DNA from: Alphaproteobacteria bacterium | GTDB taxonomy: Bacteria > Pseudomonadota > Alphaproteobacteria > JAAXGF01 | Assembly (NCBI GenBank): GCA_963555825.3 | Contig: CAUVXB020000002.1 | Coordinates: forward strand, 2,816,001-2,880,000 | Reading direction: 5' to 3' | Length of the DNA: 64,000 nt | Shown here: positions 1 to 9,300 of the stretch, piece by piece | Numbering within the stretch: position 1 is the stretch's first letter | Layout of the letters: each line of letters starts with the position of its first letter | Program-made: the position numbers and the translations under genes | Notes under the pieces: model-generated | What the model saw: only the letters and a program-made list of their open reading frames with translations | Databases searched by the model: none | What the model was told of the DNA's origin: nothing

Positions 1-113
1 TCGACGAAGACGTCGATCGCCCGAACCGGGTTGTCGTCGCCGATCCAGTCTTCCAGGCGCTCGGGAAACAACGTGCCCTGGCCGCGATCGACACCCTCGA
101 CAAAACGCTTCAT
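1..113 (-). CDS. IS1182-family transposase, N-terminus (runs off the window edge)
   Basis: Manual translation from ATG at 113 gives MKRFVEGVDRGQGTLFPERLEDWIGDDNPVRAIDVFV, the typical IS1182/DUF772 N-terminus. It is not in the ORF track. Confidence 0.85.
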   Translation of the reverse strand, partial: MKRFVEGVDRGQGTLFPERLEDWIGDDNPVRAIDVFV

Positions 114-172
114 CAGACCCTCCCGCCGGTACTATCGAGGGATTCTAACAGGCCCCACGTTTTTACACAGCC
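1..172 (-). mobile_element. Left end of an IS1182-family element
   Basis: Terminal repeat-like GGCTGTGTAAAAAC (minus strand, 159-172) lies upstream of the transposase start. Confidence 0.7.
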
Positions 173-429
173 TGGGTCACCAGCAGACTTTAGACGGTGA
201 CGCGGCCGGCGTCTGCTTTGTCGCGGGAACCGGACATCGATCGTCAACACTCTGAATTCCACGCCTGCCACGTCGGCTTTCGAGCGGAGAGCAGACCTCG
301 CGGCGCGGCGCTGAGAATGGCAGAGCAATAATCCCCCACTTAAGCGGCCGGTCGATCCGGCTGCGGCGGACCAAAATGGGACCGCGTATAGCCTTCTGTC
401 AGGGTTGCTCTGACTGGAAGGCGGGGGGG

Positions 430-1929
430 ATGTATCGGGTGGAGTTGTACGCACGGGTTCGGCGGGCGTGTCATGTCGAGGGGATGAGCACCCGCGAGGC
501 CTCGCGGGTGTTTGGTGTAGACCGCAAGACGGTCCGTAAGATGCTGTCGTTCTCGGTGCCGCCAGGGTATCGCCGAAGCGCGCCGCCGAGGCGGCCAAAG
601 CTGGGTCCGTTCACGGGAATCATCGATCGGATCTTGGAAGACGATCGGACCAGCCACCGCAAGCAACGGCACACTGCGAAGCGCATCTTCGACCGCCTCC
701 GGGACGAGTACGGTTTCACGGGCGGCTACACCATCGTGAAGGACTACGTTCGTGAGCAGGGGCTTCGGTCGCGTGAGGTGTTCGTGCCACTCTCCCATTC
801 CCCCGGTCACGCCCAGGCGGACTTCGGCGAAGCGATGGCGGTGATCGGCGGCGCGTTACGGAAGATCCACTTCCTTGCCTTCGACCTTCCCCACAGTGAT
901 GGTTGCTTTGTTGCGGCCTATCCGGCGGAGACGACCGAAGCATTCTGCGATGGCCACAACGCGGCGTTTGCCTTCTTCGGCGGCGTCCCCCGATCCATCC
1001 TGTACGACAACACCAAGCTGGCGGTTGCCCGGATCCTGGGCGATGGGAAGCGGCAGCGAACGCGCGTCTTCACGGAGCTTCAGTCCCACTATCTGTTCGA
1101 GGACAGGTTCGGCCGGCCGGGCAAGGGCAACGACAAGGGCAAGGTCGAGGGACTGGTCGGCTTCATCCGGCGGAACTTCCTGGTCCCCGTCCCGCGTGCC
1201 GAGAGCTTCGCGGCCCTCAACGATGCTCTCGCCGAACAGTGCCGCCGGCGCCAGGCGGCGCGGCTGCGGGGCCACAAGGAGACCATCGGCGAGCGTCTCG
1301 AGCGGGATCGTCAAGTTCTCTTGCCATTGCCGCCTGCTCCCTATGATGCCTGCGATAAGCGCCCTGGACGGGCGAGTTCGCTGTCGCTGGTGCGTTACCG
1401 CAGCAACGACTATTCCGTGCCCGTGGCCTACGGCCACCGTGAGGTGCTCATCCGGGGCTACGTCGATGAGGTGGTGATCAGCTGCGGGGCCGAGGTGATC
1501 GCCCGGCACCGCCGGTCCTACGACAGCGAGGACCTGATCTTCGACCCGCTGCATTACCTGCCCTTGATCGAGCAGAAGATCGGCGCCCTCGACCAGGCCG
1601 CGCCATTGGCGGGCTGGGACCTGCCCGAGGCCTTCATCACTCTGCGGCGGCTCCTCGAAGCTCGTATGGGCAAGGCAGGCAAGCGCGAGTACGTCCAGGT
1701 GCTCCGTCTACTGGAGACCTTCCGGCTCGAGGAGGTCGAGGGTGCGGTCGGCGACGCCCTGCGGCTCGGCGCAATCGGCTTTGATGCGGTGAAGCACCTG
1801 GTACTGTGCCGCATCGAGCGGCGGCCGCCCAGGCTCAACCTCGACGTCTATCCGTATCTGCCGCGCGCCCGGGTCGCGATGACGTCCGCCAAGTCGTACA
1901 TGAGCCTGCTGTCGGGGCTCGGCGCATGA
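430..1929 (+). CDS. istA: IS21 transposase IstA
   Basis: N-terminal HTH, QADFG, LYDN and KGKVE DDE motifs. ATG 430 follows a G-rich RBS. Confidence 0.95.
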   Translation: MYRVELYARVRRACHVEGMSTREASRVFGVDRKTVRKMLSFSVPPGYRRSAPPRRPKLGPFTGIIDRILEDDRTSHRKQRHTAKRIFDRLRDEYGFTGGYTIVKDYVREQGLRSREVFVPLSHSPGHAQADFGEAMAVIGGALRKIHFLAFDLPHSDGCFVAAYPAETTEAFCDGHNAAFAFFGGVPRSILYDNTKLAVARILGDGKRQRTRVFTELQSHYLFEDRFGRPGKGNDKGKVEGLVGFIRRNFLVPVPRAESFAALNDALAEQCRRRQAARLRGHKETIGERLERDRQVLLPLPPAPYDACDKRPGRASSLSLVRYRSNDYSVPVAYGHREVLIRGYVDEVVISCGAEVIARHRRSYDSEDLIFDPLHYLPLIEQKIGALDQAAPLAGWDLPEAFITLRRLLEARMGKAGKREYVQVLRLLETFRLEEVEGAVGDALRLGAIGFDAVKHLVLCRIERRPPRLNLDVYPYLPRARVAMTSAKSYMSLLSGLGA

Positions 1930-2690
1930 CCGACACACCGCAAGTGCTGCTCGCCCACCACCTCAAGACGCTGAAGCTGCCGACCTTCCTGCGCGAGTAC
2001 GACAAGATCGCCCGGCAGTGCGCCTCGGAAGGCGTCGATCACGTCCGCTACCTGTTGAGACTCGCCGAGCTCGAGCTGATCGACCGCGAGCGCCGCATGG
2101 TCGAGCGGCGCATCAAGGCGGCGCGCTTCCCCGTGGTCAAGAGCCTCGACAGCTTCGACTTCAAGGTCATCCCCTCGCTCAACAAGGCGCTGGTCCTGGA
2201 GCTGGCCCGCTGCGAGTACATCGAGCGCCGCGAGAACCTCATCGCGCTCGGCAACAGTGGGACCGGCAAGACCCACATCGCCCTCGGTCTCGGCCTGGCG
2301 GCCTGCCAGAAGGGCCTCTCGGTCGGCTTCATCACCGCCGCCGCGCTGGTCCACGAACTCATCGAGGCCCGCGATGACAAGCAGCTGCTGAGGTTCCAGA
2401 AGAAGCTCGCCACCTACAAGCTTCTGATCGTCGACGAACTCGGCTTCGTGCCGCTGTCGAAGACCGGCGCCGAGCTGTTGTTCGAGGTGTTCAGCCAACG
2501 CTACGAGCGGGGCTCGACCCTGGTCACCACCAATCTGCCCTTCGACGAATGGACCGAGGTGTTCGGCTCCGAGCGCCTCACCGGCGCGCTCCTCGATCGC
2601 CTCACCCACCACGTCAACATCCTCGAGATGAACGGTGACAGCTACAGGCTCAACCAGAGCCGCAGGCGTCAAACCCCGACTGCTAACTGA
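1926..2690 (+). CDS. istB: IS21 ATPase IstB
   Basis: Walker A GNSGTGKT, Walker B LLIVDELG, and LLDRLTHH. Confidence 0.95.
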   Translation: MTDTPQVLLAHHLKTLKLPTFLREYDKIARQCASEGVDHVRYLLRLAELELIDRERRMVERRIKAARFPVVKSLDSFDFKVIPSLNKALVLELARCEYIERRENLIALGNSGTGKTHIALGLGLAACQKGLSVGFITAAALVHELIEARDDKQLLRFQKKLATYKLLIVDELGFVPLSKTGAELLFEVFSQRYERGSTLVTTNLPFDEWTEVFGSERLTGALLDRLTHHVNILEMNGDSYRLNQSRRRQTPTAN

Positions 2691-2881
2691 ACCGACCACC
2701 CAGCCCACGCTTGACCCCGTGGGCCCACAGGTCCCTCCCGCGCGCGCCGCCGCGTCAGCCTGTTGAGGGCACGCCGCGTCGCGCGCGGGGCCCTCCCGTG
2801 GACTACGGGGACAAGCCCGCAGCCGCCAAGCGGTCCCTTCTTACACCGCCGAGGTGGTCCCTTTTTGCTCCGCCATTGACA

Positions 2882-3325
2882 GATATCCTGGTTCAGTCCC
2901 GGAGGAACAAGAAAGCAGCACTCAAGCTGATGCGCAAACTGCTCAAGAAGCAGGGGTATGCGCCGAATAAGGTGGTGACCGATAAACTGCCATCTTACGG
3001 GGCAGCATTGCGTGATCTCAACATGACGGGGAAACACGTTACCGGCGGACGGAGCAACAATCGGGCGGAGAATTCGCACCTGCCGGTTCGACAACGAGAA
3101 CGCAGGATGCAGGGCTTCAAGTCATCAGGATCGGCGCAAAGGTTTCTCTCCACTCACGCCGCCATCTACAACACCTTCAATGTCCAACGTCATCTGATCA
3201 CTCGCAAGACAATGAGCCAATTCCGCGGTGACGCGATGAACACGTGGCGGACCGTGACCGCTGCTGCTTGAGCCGCTCAGTTCAGACGTTCAACTGCGAC
3301 CTGCCTTCGTTAAGTTGACAGCACC
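2882..3325 (+). mobile_element. IS6-family remnant (3' part of transposase and right IR), truncated by IS21
   Basis: DILVQSRRNKKAA...VTDKLPSYGAA...NNRAENSH up to the stop at 3271, then the right end AAGTTGACAGCACC ending at 3325. Confidence 0.9.
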
Positions 3326-3493
3326 TTCAGGGCCGTGTACACGGTTCGGTTCGAAACGGCGGTCTATGTCCTTCATGCCTTCCAGAAAAAGGCCAAACGG
3401 GGCGCCGCCACCCCGAAACCGGAACTCGACATGGTCCGGCGCCGGCTGAGGGTGGCCGAGCAACATGACCGGGACACGCATGGCGGAGGGTAG
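3326..3493 (+). pseudogene. RelE/Gp49-like (HigB-type) toxin, C-terminal fragment
   Basis: Manual translation FRAVYTVRFETAVYVLHAFQKKAKRGAATPKPELDMVRRRL...; the 5' end is replaced by the IS6 right end. Confidence 0.85.
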
Positions 3494-3497
3494 AACC

Positions 3498-3836
3498 ATG
3501 ACCACATCCGACTCGACCGTCGAACGCGGCAGCGGCAACGTCTTCGCGGACCTCGGCCATCCCGAGGCCGATGCCCATCTGCTCAAGGCGGACCTCGTCA
3601 CCCGCATCGACACCATCATCCGCCAGCGCGGCATCACCCAGACCGAGGCGGCACGCCTGCTCGGCCTCACCCAGCCCGACGTGTCGCGGCTGCTCAGGGG
3701 CGACTTCCGCGAGTATTCCCTGGAACGCTTTTTCCGCCTGTTCACCGCCCTCGGCCGCGATATCGACATCGTCATCCGCCAGCCACGCTCGGCCTCCGGC
3801 GGGAAGCTGCGCATCGCGGCAAGCGAGATCGGCTGA
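3498..3836 (+). CDS. XRE-family HTH antitoxin (HigA-like)
   Basis: GSGNVFADLG...TQTEAARLLGLTQPDVSRL...YSLERF motif, directly after the toxin stop. Confidence 0.9.
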   Translation: MTTSDSTVERGSGNVFADLGHPEADAHLLKADLVTRIDTIIRQRGITQTEAARLLGLTQPDVSRLLRGDFREYSLERFFRLFTALGRDIDIVIRQPRSASGGKLRIAASEIG

Positions 3837-4082
3837 CGCCACCCTCGCGTCGCCCCTCGCGGCGGGTCTGCTACGCAGCCGGCCCGCCCTCCGCCGCTCC
3901 GGTTGACCGCCATACCCGATATTCGCTACCCCTCCAGAACTCATCGTGCCGCGTTCGCGAACCGATTGCGCGACACTCTGCATCATGACCCCATTCTTCC
4001 GATGGAGGAGTACGCGAGTGCCCAGATCCGCATCCCCTGACGACTACGAACTCCTGACAGTGTCCGACGCGATCCATCGTGG

Positions 4083-4520
4083 GATGAGTTCGTGGACCAG
4101 CGCGGCGGCGGTGATGAAGCCGACCGAGAGGCCCTTCTGGCAGGCCGCCAGGCCGAGACCGAGGGCGATGTGGGTCTTGCCGGTCCCACTGTTGCCGAGC
4201 GCGATGAGGTTCTCGCGGCGCTCGATGTACTCGCAGCGGGCCAGCTCCAGGACCAGCGCCTTGTTGAGCGAGGGGATGACCTTGAAGTCGAAGCTGTCGA
4301 GGCTCTTGACCACGGGGAAGCGCGCCGCCTTGATGCGCCGCTCGACCATGCGGCGCTCGCGGTCGATCAGCTCGAGCTCGGCGAGTCTCAACAGGTAGCG
4401 GACGTGATCGACGCCTTCCGAGGCGCACTGCCGGGCGATCTTGTCGTACTCGCGCAGGAAGGTCGGCAGCTTCAGCGTCTTGAGGTGGTGGGCGAGCAGC
4501 ACTTGCGGTGTGTCGGTCAT
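4083..4520 (-). pseudogene. istB: Truncated IstB
   Basis: Identical to the copy 1 N-terminus but ends before Walker B. Confidence 0.92.
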
Positions 4521-6016
4521 GCGCCGAGCCCCGACAGCAGGCTCATGTACGACTTGGCGGACGTCATCGCGACCCGGGCGCGCGGCAGATACGGATAGAC
4601 GTCGAGGTTGAGCCTGGGCGGCCGCCGCTCGATGCGGCACAGTACCAGGTGCTTCACCGCATCAAAGCCGATTGCGCCGAGCCGCAGGGCGTCGCCGACC
4701 GCACCCTCGACCTCCTCGAGCCGGAAGGTCTCCAGTAGACGGAGCACCTGGACGTACTCGCGCTTGCCTGCCTTGCCCATACGAGCTTCGAGGAGCCGCC
4801 GCAGAGTGATGAAGGCCTCGGGCAGGTCCCAGCCCGCCAATGGCGCGGCCTGGTCGAGGGCGCCGATCTTCTGCTCGATCAAGGGCAGGTAATGCAGCGG
4901 GTCGAAGATCAGGTCCTCGCTGTCGTAGGACCGGCGGTGCCGGGCGATCACCTCGGCCCCGCAGCTGATCACCACCTCATCGACGTAGCCCCGGATGAGC
5001 ACCTCACGGTGGCCGTAGGCCACGGGCACGGAATAGTCGTTGCTGCGGTAACGCACCAGCGACAGCGAACTCGCCCGTCCAGGGCGCTTATCGCAGGCAT
5101 CATAGGGAGCAGGCGGCAATGGCAAGAGAACTTGACGATCCCGCTCGAGACGCTCGCCGATGGTCTCCTTGTGGCCCCGCAGCCGCGCCGCCTGGCGCCG
5201 GCGGCACTGTTCGGCGAGAGCATCGTTGAGGGCCGCGAAGCTCTCGGCACGCGGGACGGGGACCAGGAAGTTCCGCCGGATGAAGCCGACCAGTCCCTCG
5301 ACCTTGCCCTTGTCGTTGCCCTTGCCCGGCCGGCCGAACCTGTCCTCGAACAGATAGTGGGACTGAAGCTCCGTGAAGACGCGCGTTCGCTGCCGCTTCC
5401 CATCGCCCAGGATCCGGGCAACCGCCAGCTTGGTGTTGTCGTACAGGATGGATCGGGGGACGCCGCCGAAGAAGGCAAACGCCGCGTTGTGGCCATCGCA
5501 GAATGCTTCGGTCGTCTCCGCCGGATAGGCCGCAACAAAGCAACCATCACTGTGGGGAAGGTCGAAGGCAAGGAAGTGGATCTTCCGTAACGCGCCGCCG
5601 ATCACCGCCATCGCTTCGCCGAAGTCCGCCTGGGCGTGACCGGGGGAATGGGAGAGTGGCACGAACACCTCACGCGACCGAAGCCCCTGCTCACGAACGT
5701 AGTCCTTCACGATGGTGTAGCCGCCCGTGAAACCGTACTCGTCCCGGAGGCGGTCGAAGATGCGCTTCGCAGTGTGCCGTTGCTTGCGGTGGCTGGTCCG
5801 ATCGTCTTCCAAGATCCGATCGATGATTCCCGTGAACGGACCCAGCTTTGGCCGCCTCGGCGGCGCGCTTCGGCGATACCCTGGCGGCACCGAGAACGAC
5901 AGCATCTTACGGACCGTCTTGCGGTCTACACCAAACACCCGCGAGGCCTCGCGGGTGCTCATCCCCTCGACATGACACGCCCGCCGAACCCGTGCGTACA
6001 ACTCCACCCGATACAT
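4517..6016 (-). CDS. istA: IS21 transposase IstA
   Basis: Protein identical to copy 1. Confidence 0.95.
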   Translation of the reverse strand: MYRVELYARVRRACHVEGMSTREASRVFGVDRKTVRKMLSFSVPPGYRRSAPPRRPKLGPFTGIIDRILEDDRTSHRKQRHTAKRIFDRLRDEYGFTGGYTIVKDYVREQGLRSREVFVPLSHSPGHAQADFGEAMAVIGGALRKIHFLAFDLPHSDGCFVAAYPAETTEAFCDGHNAAFAFFGGVPRSILYDNTKLAVARILGDGKRQRTRVFTELQSHYLFEDRFGRPGKGNDKGKVEGLVGFIRRNFLVPVPRAESFAALNDALAEQCRRRQAARLRGHKETIGERLERDRQVLLPLPPAPYDACDKRPGRASSLSLVRYRSNDYSVPVAYGHREVLIRGYVDEVVISCGAEVIARHRRSYDSEDLIFDPLHYLPLIEQKIGALDQAAPLAGWDLPEAFITLRRLLEARMGKAGKREYVQVLRLLETFRLEEVEGAVGDALRLGAIGFDAVKHLVLCRIERRPPRLNLDVYPYLPRARVAMTSAKSYMSLLSGLGA

Positions 6017-6148
6017 CCCCCCCGCCTTCCAGTCAGAGCAACCCTGACAGAAGGCTATACGCGGTCCCATTTTGGTCCGCCGCAGCCGGATCGACCGGCC
6101 GCTTCAGTGGGGGATTATTGCTCTGCCGTTCTCAGGTGTTTCTTTCTT

Positions 6149-6173
6149 CACACACCGCTGCACTAAAGTGCGC
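6149..6173 (-). promoter_or_regulatory. Candidate MOBF oriT/nic site
   Basis: Minus strand GCGCACTTTAGTGCAGCGGTGTGTG is a GCAC/GTGC hairpin followed by a G/T-rich nic-like tract, laid out like R388/F oriT, about 190 bp upstream of the relaxase. Confidence 0.55.
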
Positions 6174-6359
6174 TGGGCCAAGGAGGCTGTTTCTGGAGAT
6201 CGGTCGATGAGGGATGTTCCGCTTGGCAAATCCCGGTAACGATCGGACGCTTATGAGGATTTTCGCTCCAGTAGTCATGGACGCCGTCCCGGCCCCGGGC
6301 CGGAAGGCGGCGCTTGGCTCCGTCGCCGCGGTCATTCCCCCTGCCTTGCGGAGCTCATC

Positions 6360-9300
6360 GTGGTAGCGACACTCGCCCAGGCGGCGTCTGCCGCGTACTA
6401 CCTGGAGAGCCAGCGCTCGTTCCGCCATCCCAACGAGTATTACACGGCGGGAGAAGAGCCGGACGGAGTGTGGTTCAACCCCAACGGCCTGTTTGGTCTT
6501 GTCGACGGCGGCAAGGTCGACAGCAGCGACTTCCACCGGCTGTATCACGGCTTCGCCCCGAACGGCGGAGGCAAGCTCACGCGGAATGCCGGCAGCGAGC
6601 GCCGTTCGGCCGGTCTCGACATGACCTTCAGCGCGGACAAGAGCGTCTCGGCCTTGTGGGCCATCGCCGATCCCGAGCTACGTTCAAAGATCGAGGACGC
6701 GCATAACGGTGCGGCTCGCGTAGCGCTGGAGGAAACAGTGCTGAGGCATTGCGCCTATACCCGTATCCGTAACCGGGACGGCGAGATCGAAGTGCTGCCG
6801 GCCGATATCGCGGCAGCGATGTTTCAGCACGGCACCAGCCGGGATAACGACCCCCAGCTGCATACCCACTGTGTGATCTTCAATGCCGCCCGGACACACC
6901 GGGACGGCAAGTACCGGGCGCTGCATCAACACCCGGTCTACACCTGGATGAAGGCAGCGGGAGCGGTCTATCGCAATGCGCTGTCCTGGCGCTTGCAGGA
7001 ACGCCTCGGCATCCGCATGGAACAGTATGGCAAGGATGGAGAGTTCACGCGCATCGCAGGCATACCCGAGGACCTGATCGGACACTGGTCGAAGCGCCGG
7101 GCGGCGATTATCGAAGCGGCCCGGGAGATGGGCTTTACGGTCGAGGGCAACGCGCCGCGGGCGGCGGCGGCGAACAAGATCACACGGGCCGGCAAGTCGT
7201 CGGACAATGATCCGGAGATTCGCCACCGGCGCTGGCGAGGCGAAGCGGAGGGGTATGTCGAGCGCGAAGTGCTGATTGCCTCGCTATTGGGCAAGTCGGA
7301 AGAGATTACCCAAGAGCAGATCCGGGCGCTGACGGAAGTCCTGGAAGACCTGCCGTACCGTCTTACACGCGAGGAAGCAGTATTCCGCCTGCCCGACATC
7401 GTCGAGCGGGTGGGCAACGCCACCGCGGGACTTCTGAACCACGACGCGGTGGCGACAAGTATCGAACGCGTGCTTCTAAGCCCGGAGGTGGTGCGCCTGA
7501 CCCGCCCGCCGCGTTCGGCCGAGGGCCGGGCCGATATGGCGCACACCAGGCTCTATTCCACCCGTCACAACCTGCATATGGAGCAGGAAGTCAGGAATAT
7601 GGCGGAAGGCATGGCCGCCGATACGGGCCATTCCTTGTCCCCCCAGGCTATCGGGGCAAAGGTGGCGGGGTTGCTGAAGGCGGGTTATCCGCTGAGCGAG
7701 GAACAGATCGCGGCGATCCGCTCGGTTACCTCATCCGAGGGCCGGGTCGCCATCATCGAAGGGGCGGCAGGCTCGGGCAAGACCACGACATTGCGGCCCA
7801 TCGCCGATCTCTACCGTGAACACGGACAGAGCATCATCGCCACCGCCGTGGCCTGGCGCACGGCGGTGGCGCTTGGCAACGACGTCGACGCGCGGCCGTT
7901 CTGTGTCGACAAGCTGCTGCGCCTTGCCGCGCGAGGCGGCATCGGGATTAACAAGGATACCACCATTATCGTTGACGAGGCGGGGATGCTGTCGACCCGC
8001 CAGGCGCATCATATTCTCCAGCTCTCCGAACGCCACGGAGCGAAGATCGTCTTCGCGGGCGACACGCAACAACAGCAACCCGTTGAGGCGGGACCGGGGC
8101 TGAGGCTGATCCGCGATGCCGTTGGCAGCGTCCGGGTGGACCGCATACGGCGCCAGAAAGCGGACCTGGAGGATATCCTGACCCATGTCCAGGGGGAGAC
8201 ACCCGAGAGGGCACGGCTCCTGGCGAGTTCGATGGCAGAGGAGAGGCGCACCAGAATTCTTACGTACTACGAGAGCATGAAGGGAAAACTTGTTTTTATG
8301 CCGTGGCAGGTCGCTGCTTCCGAGGCGCTGCGCGACGGCGATGCGGCGGCGGCCATTGCAGCGCATCACCTGCGTGGACGGTTCCATATCGGGTACGATG
8401 AAGAAAAGACGCTGACCAGCCTTGTCGACGACTGGGACCGCTACCAGCGGGCTAACCCCGGCAAATCCAGCGTGGTACTGGCGCGTACACGGTCTGAAGT
8501 GAGGGCACTGTCGCACCTGATGCGGGAACGCCGGTTCGCTTCGTTGCCGGATGGGGAACGGGCCGATATGGACCGGGCCCATGCGGACCGGGTGACGGTG
8601 ATCGTCAGCAGGGGCACGGAAGACCAACGGACGACTTCGCCACTCGAGATCGCACGCGGCGACCGGTTGCGCATCGGCGCCACGCACTGGGAGAAGCAGC
8701 TGTTCAACGGCACCGTGGTCACTGTCGAGGACTTCAAGATTGAGAGGGGTGAGGCCGCAACAGAGCCGAGTGTCCTGATATCGGCGCGCACCGAGGATGG
8801 GCGGGCCGTCTCGTTCCATCACGACGAAATTCGCGACTGGTACGGCAATATCCGTCTCGATCACGGCTATGCCCTCACTATTACCTCCGCCCAGGGGCTG
8901 ACCGTGGACCGGACGTTCCTGCTGGCCGACGCGAGGCCCTCGCGCGAGACGATTTATCCCGCCGCAACGCGCCATCGCGAGAGGCTCGACATCTACGTCA
9001 ACCGGGCGCCGCTCACCCTCGATATCGCCGACAGGCGAGTCGACAGGCGAGCCGACAACGACCGGGAAGTTGCGGTGACGGACACCGAGATCCGGGCGTA
9101 TCTGGCCGAACGATGGTCGCGCTCGCAGCCCAAGGAGGCGGCGCTCGACAATATGGCCGACGGCATATGGGAAGACCGCCGGGAGGATGTCCGGGAGGAC
9201 AGAAGCCGCTCCCCTGGCGAAGCCCAGGGCGAGGCGGGTGATATCCGCGCAGCTGCGAACGACAACGCGCTGGCTCGCATCGCGCGGGATGTCCGGCGCA

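Larger units (their letters stand above)
312..2881 (+). mobile_element. IS21-family element, copy 1 (complete)
   Basis: TG...CA ends, imperfect IRs (TGAGAATGGCAGAGCAATAA / TGTCAATGGCGGAGCAAAAA), and istA-istB overlapping at ATGA. No target duplication is visible. Confidence 0.95.
4083..6134 (-). mobile_element. IS21-family element, copy 2 (3' half of istB and right IR missing)
   Basis: Near-identical to copy 1 from the left IR at 6134 down to 4083, where identity stops mid-istB (…HELI). Confidence 0.95.

Noticed and set aside
2711-3271. 186-aa ORF as a complete gene
   Set aside because: It is a chimera of the IS21 right end read into the IS6 transposase remnant.
6160-6168. GCACTAAAG in the oriT hairpin equals the left flank of IS110 element A (12112-12120)
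   Set aside because: The right half (TGCGC) does not match the predicted right guide target (GAAGC), so oriT targeting is unsupported.
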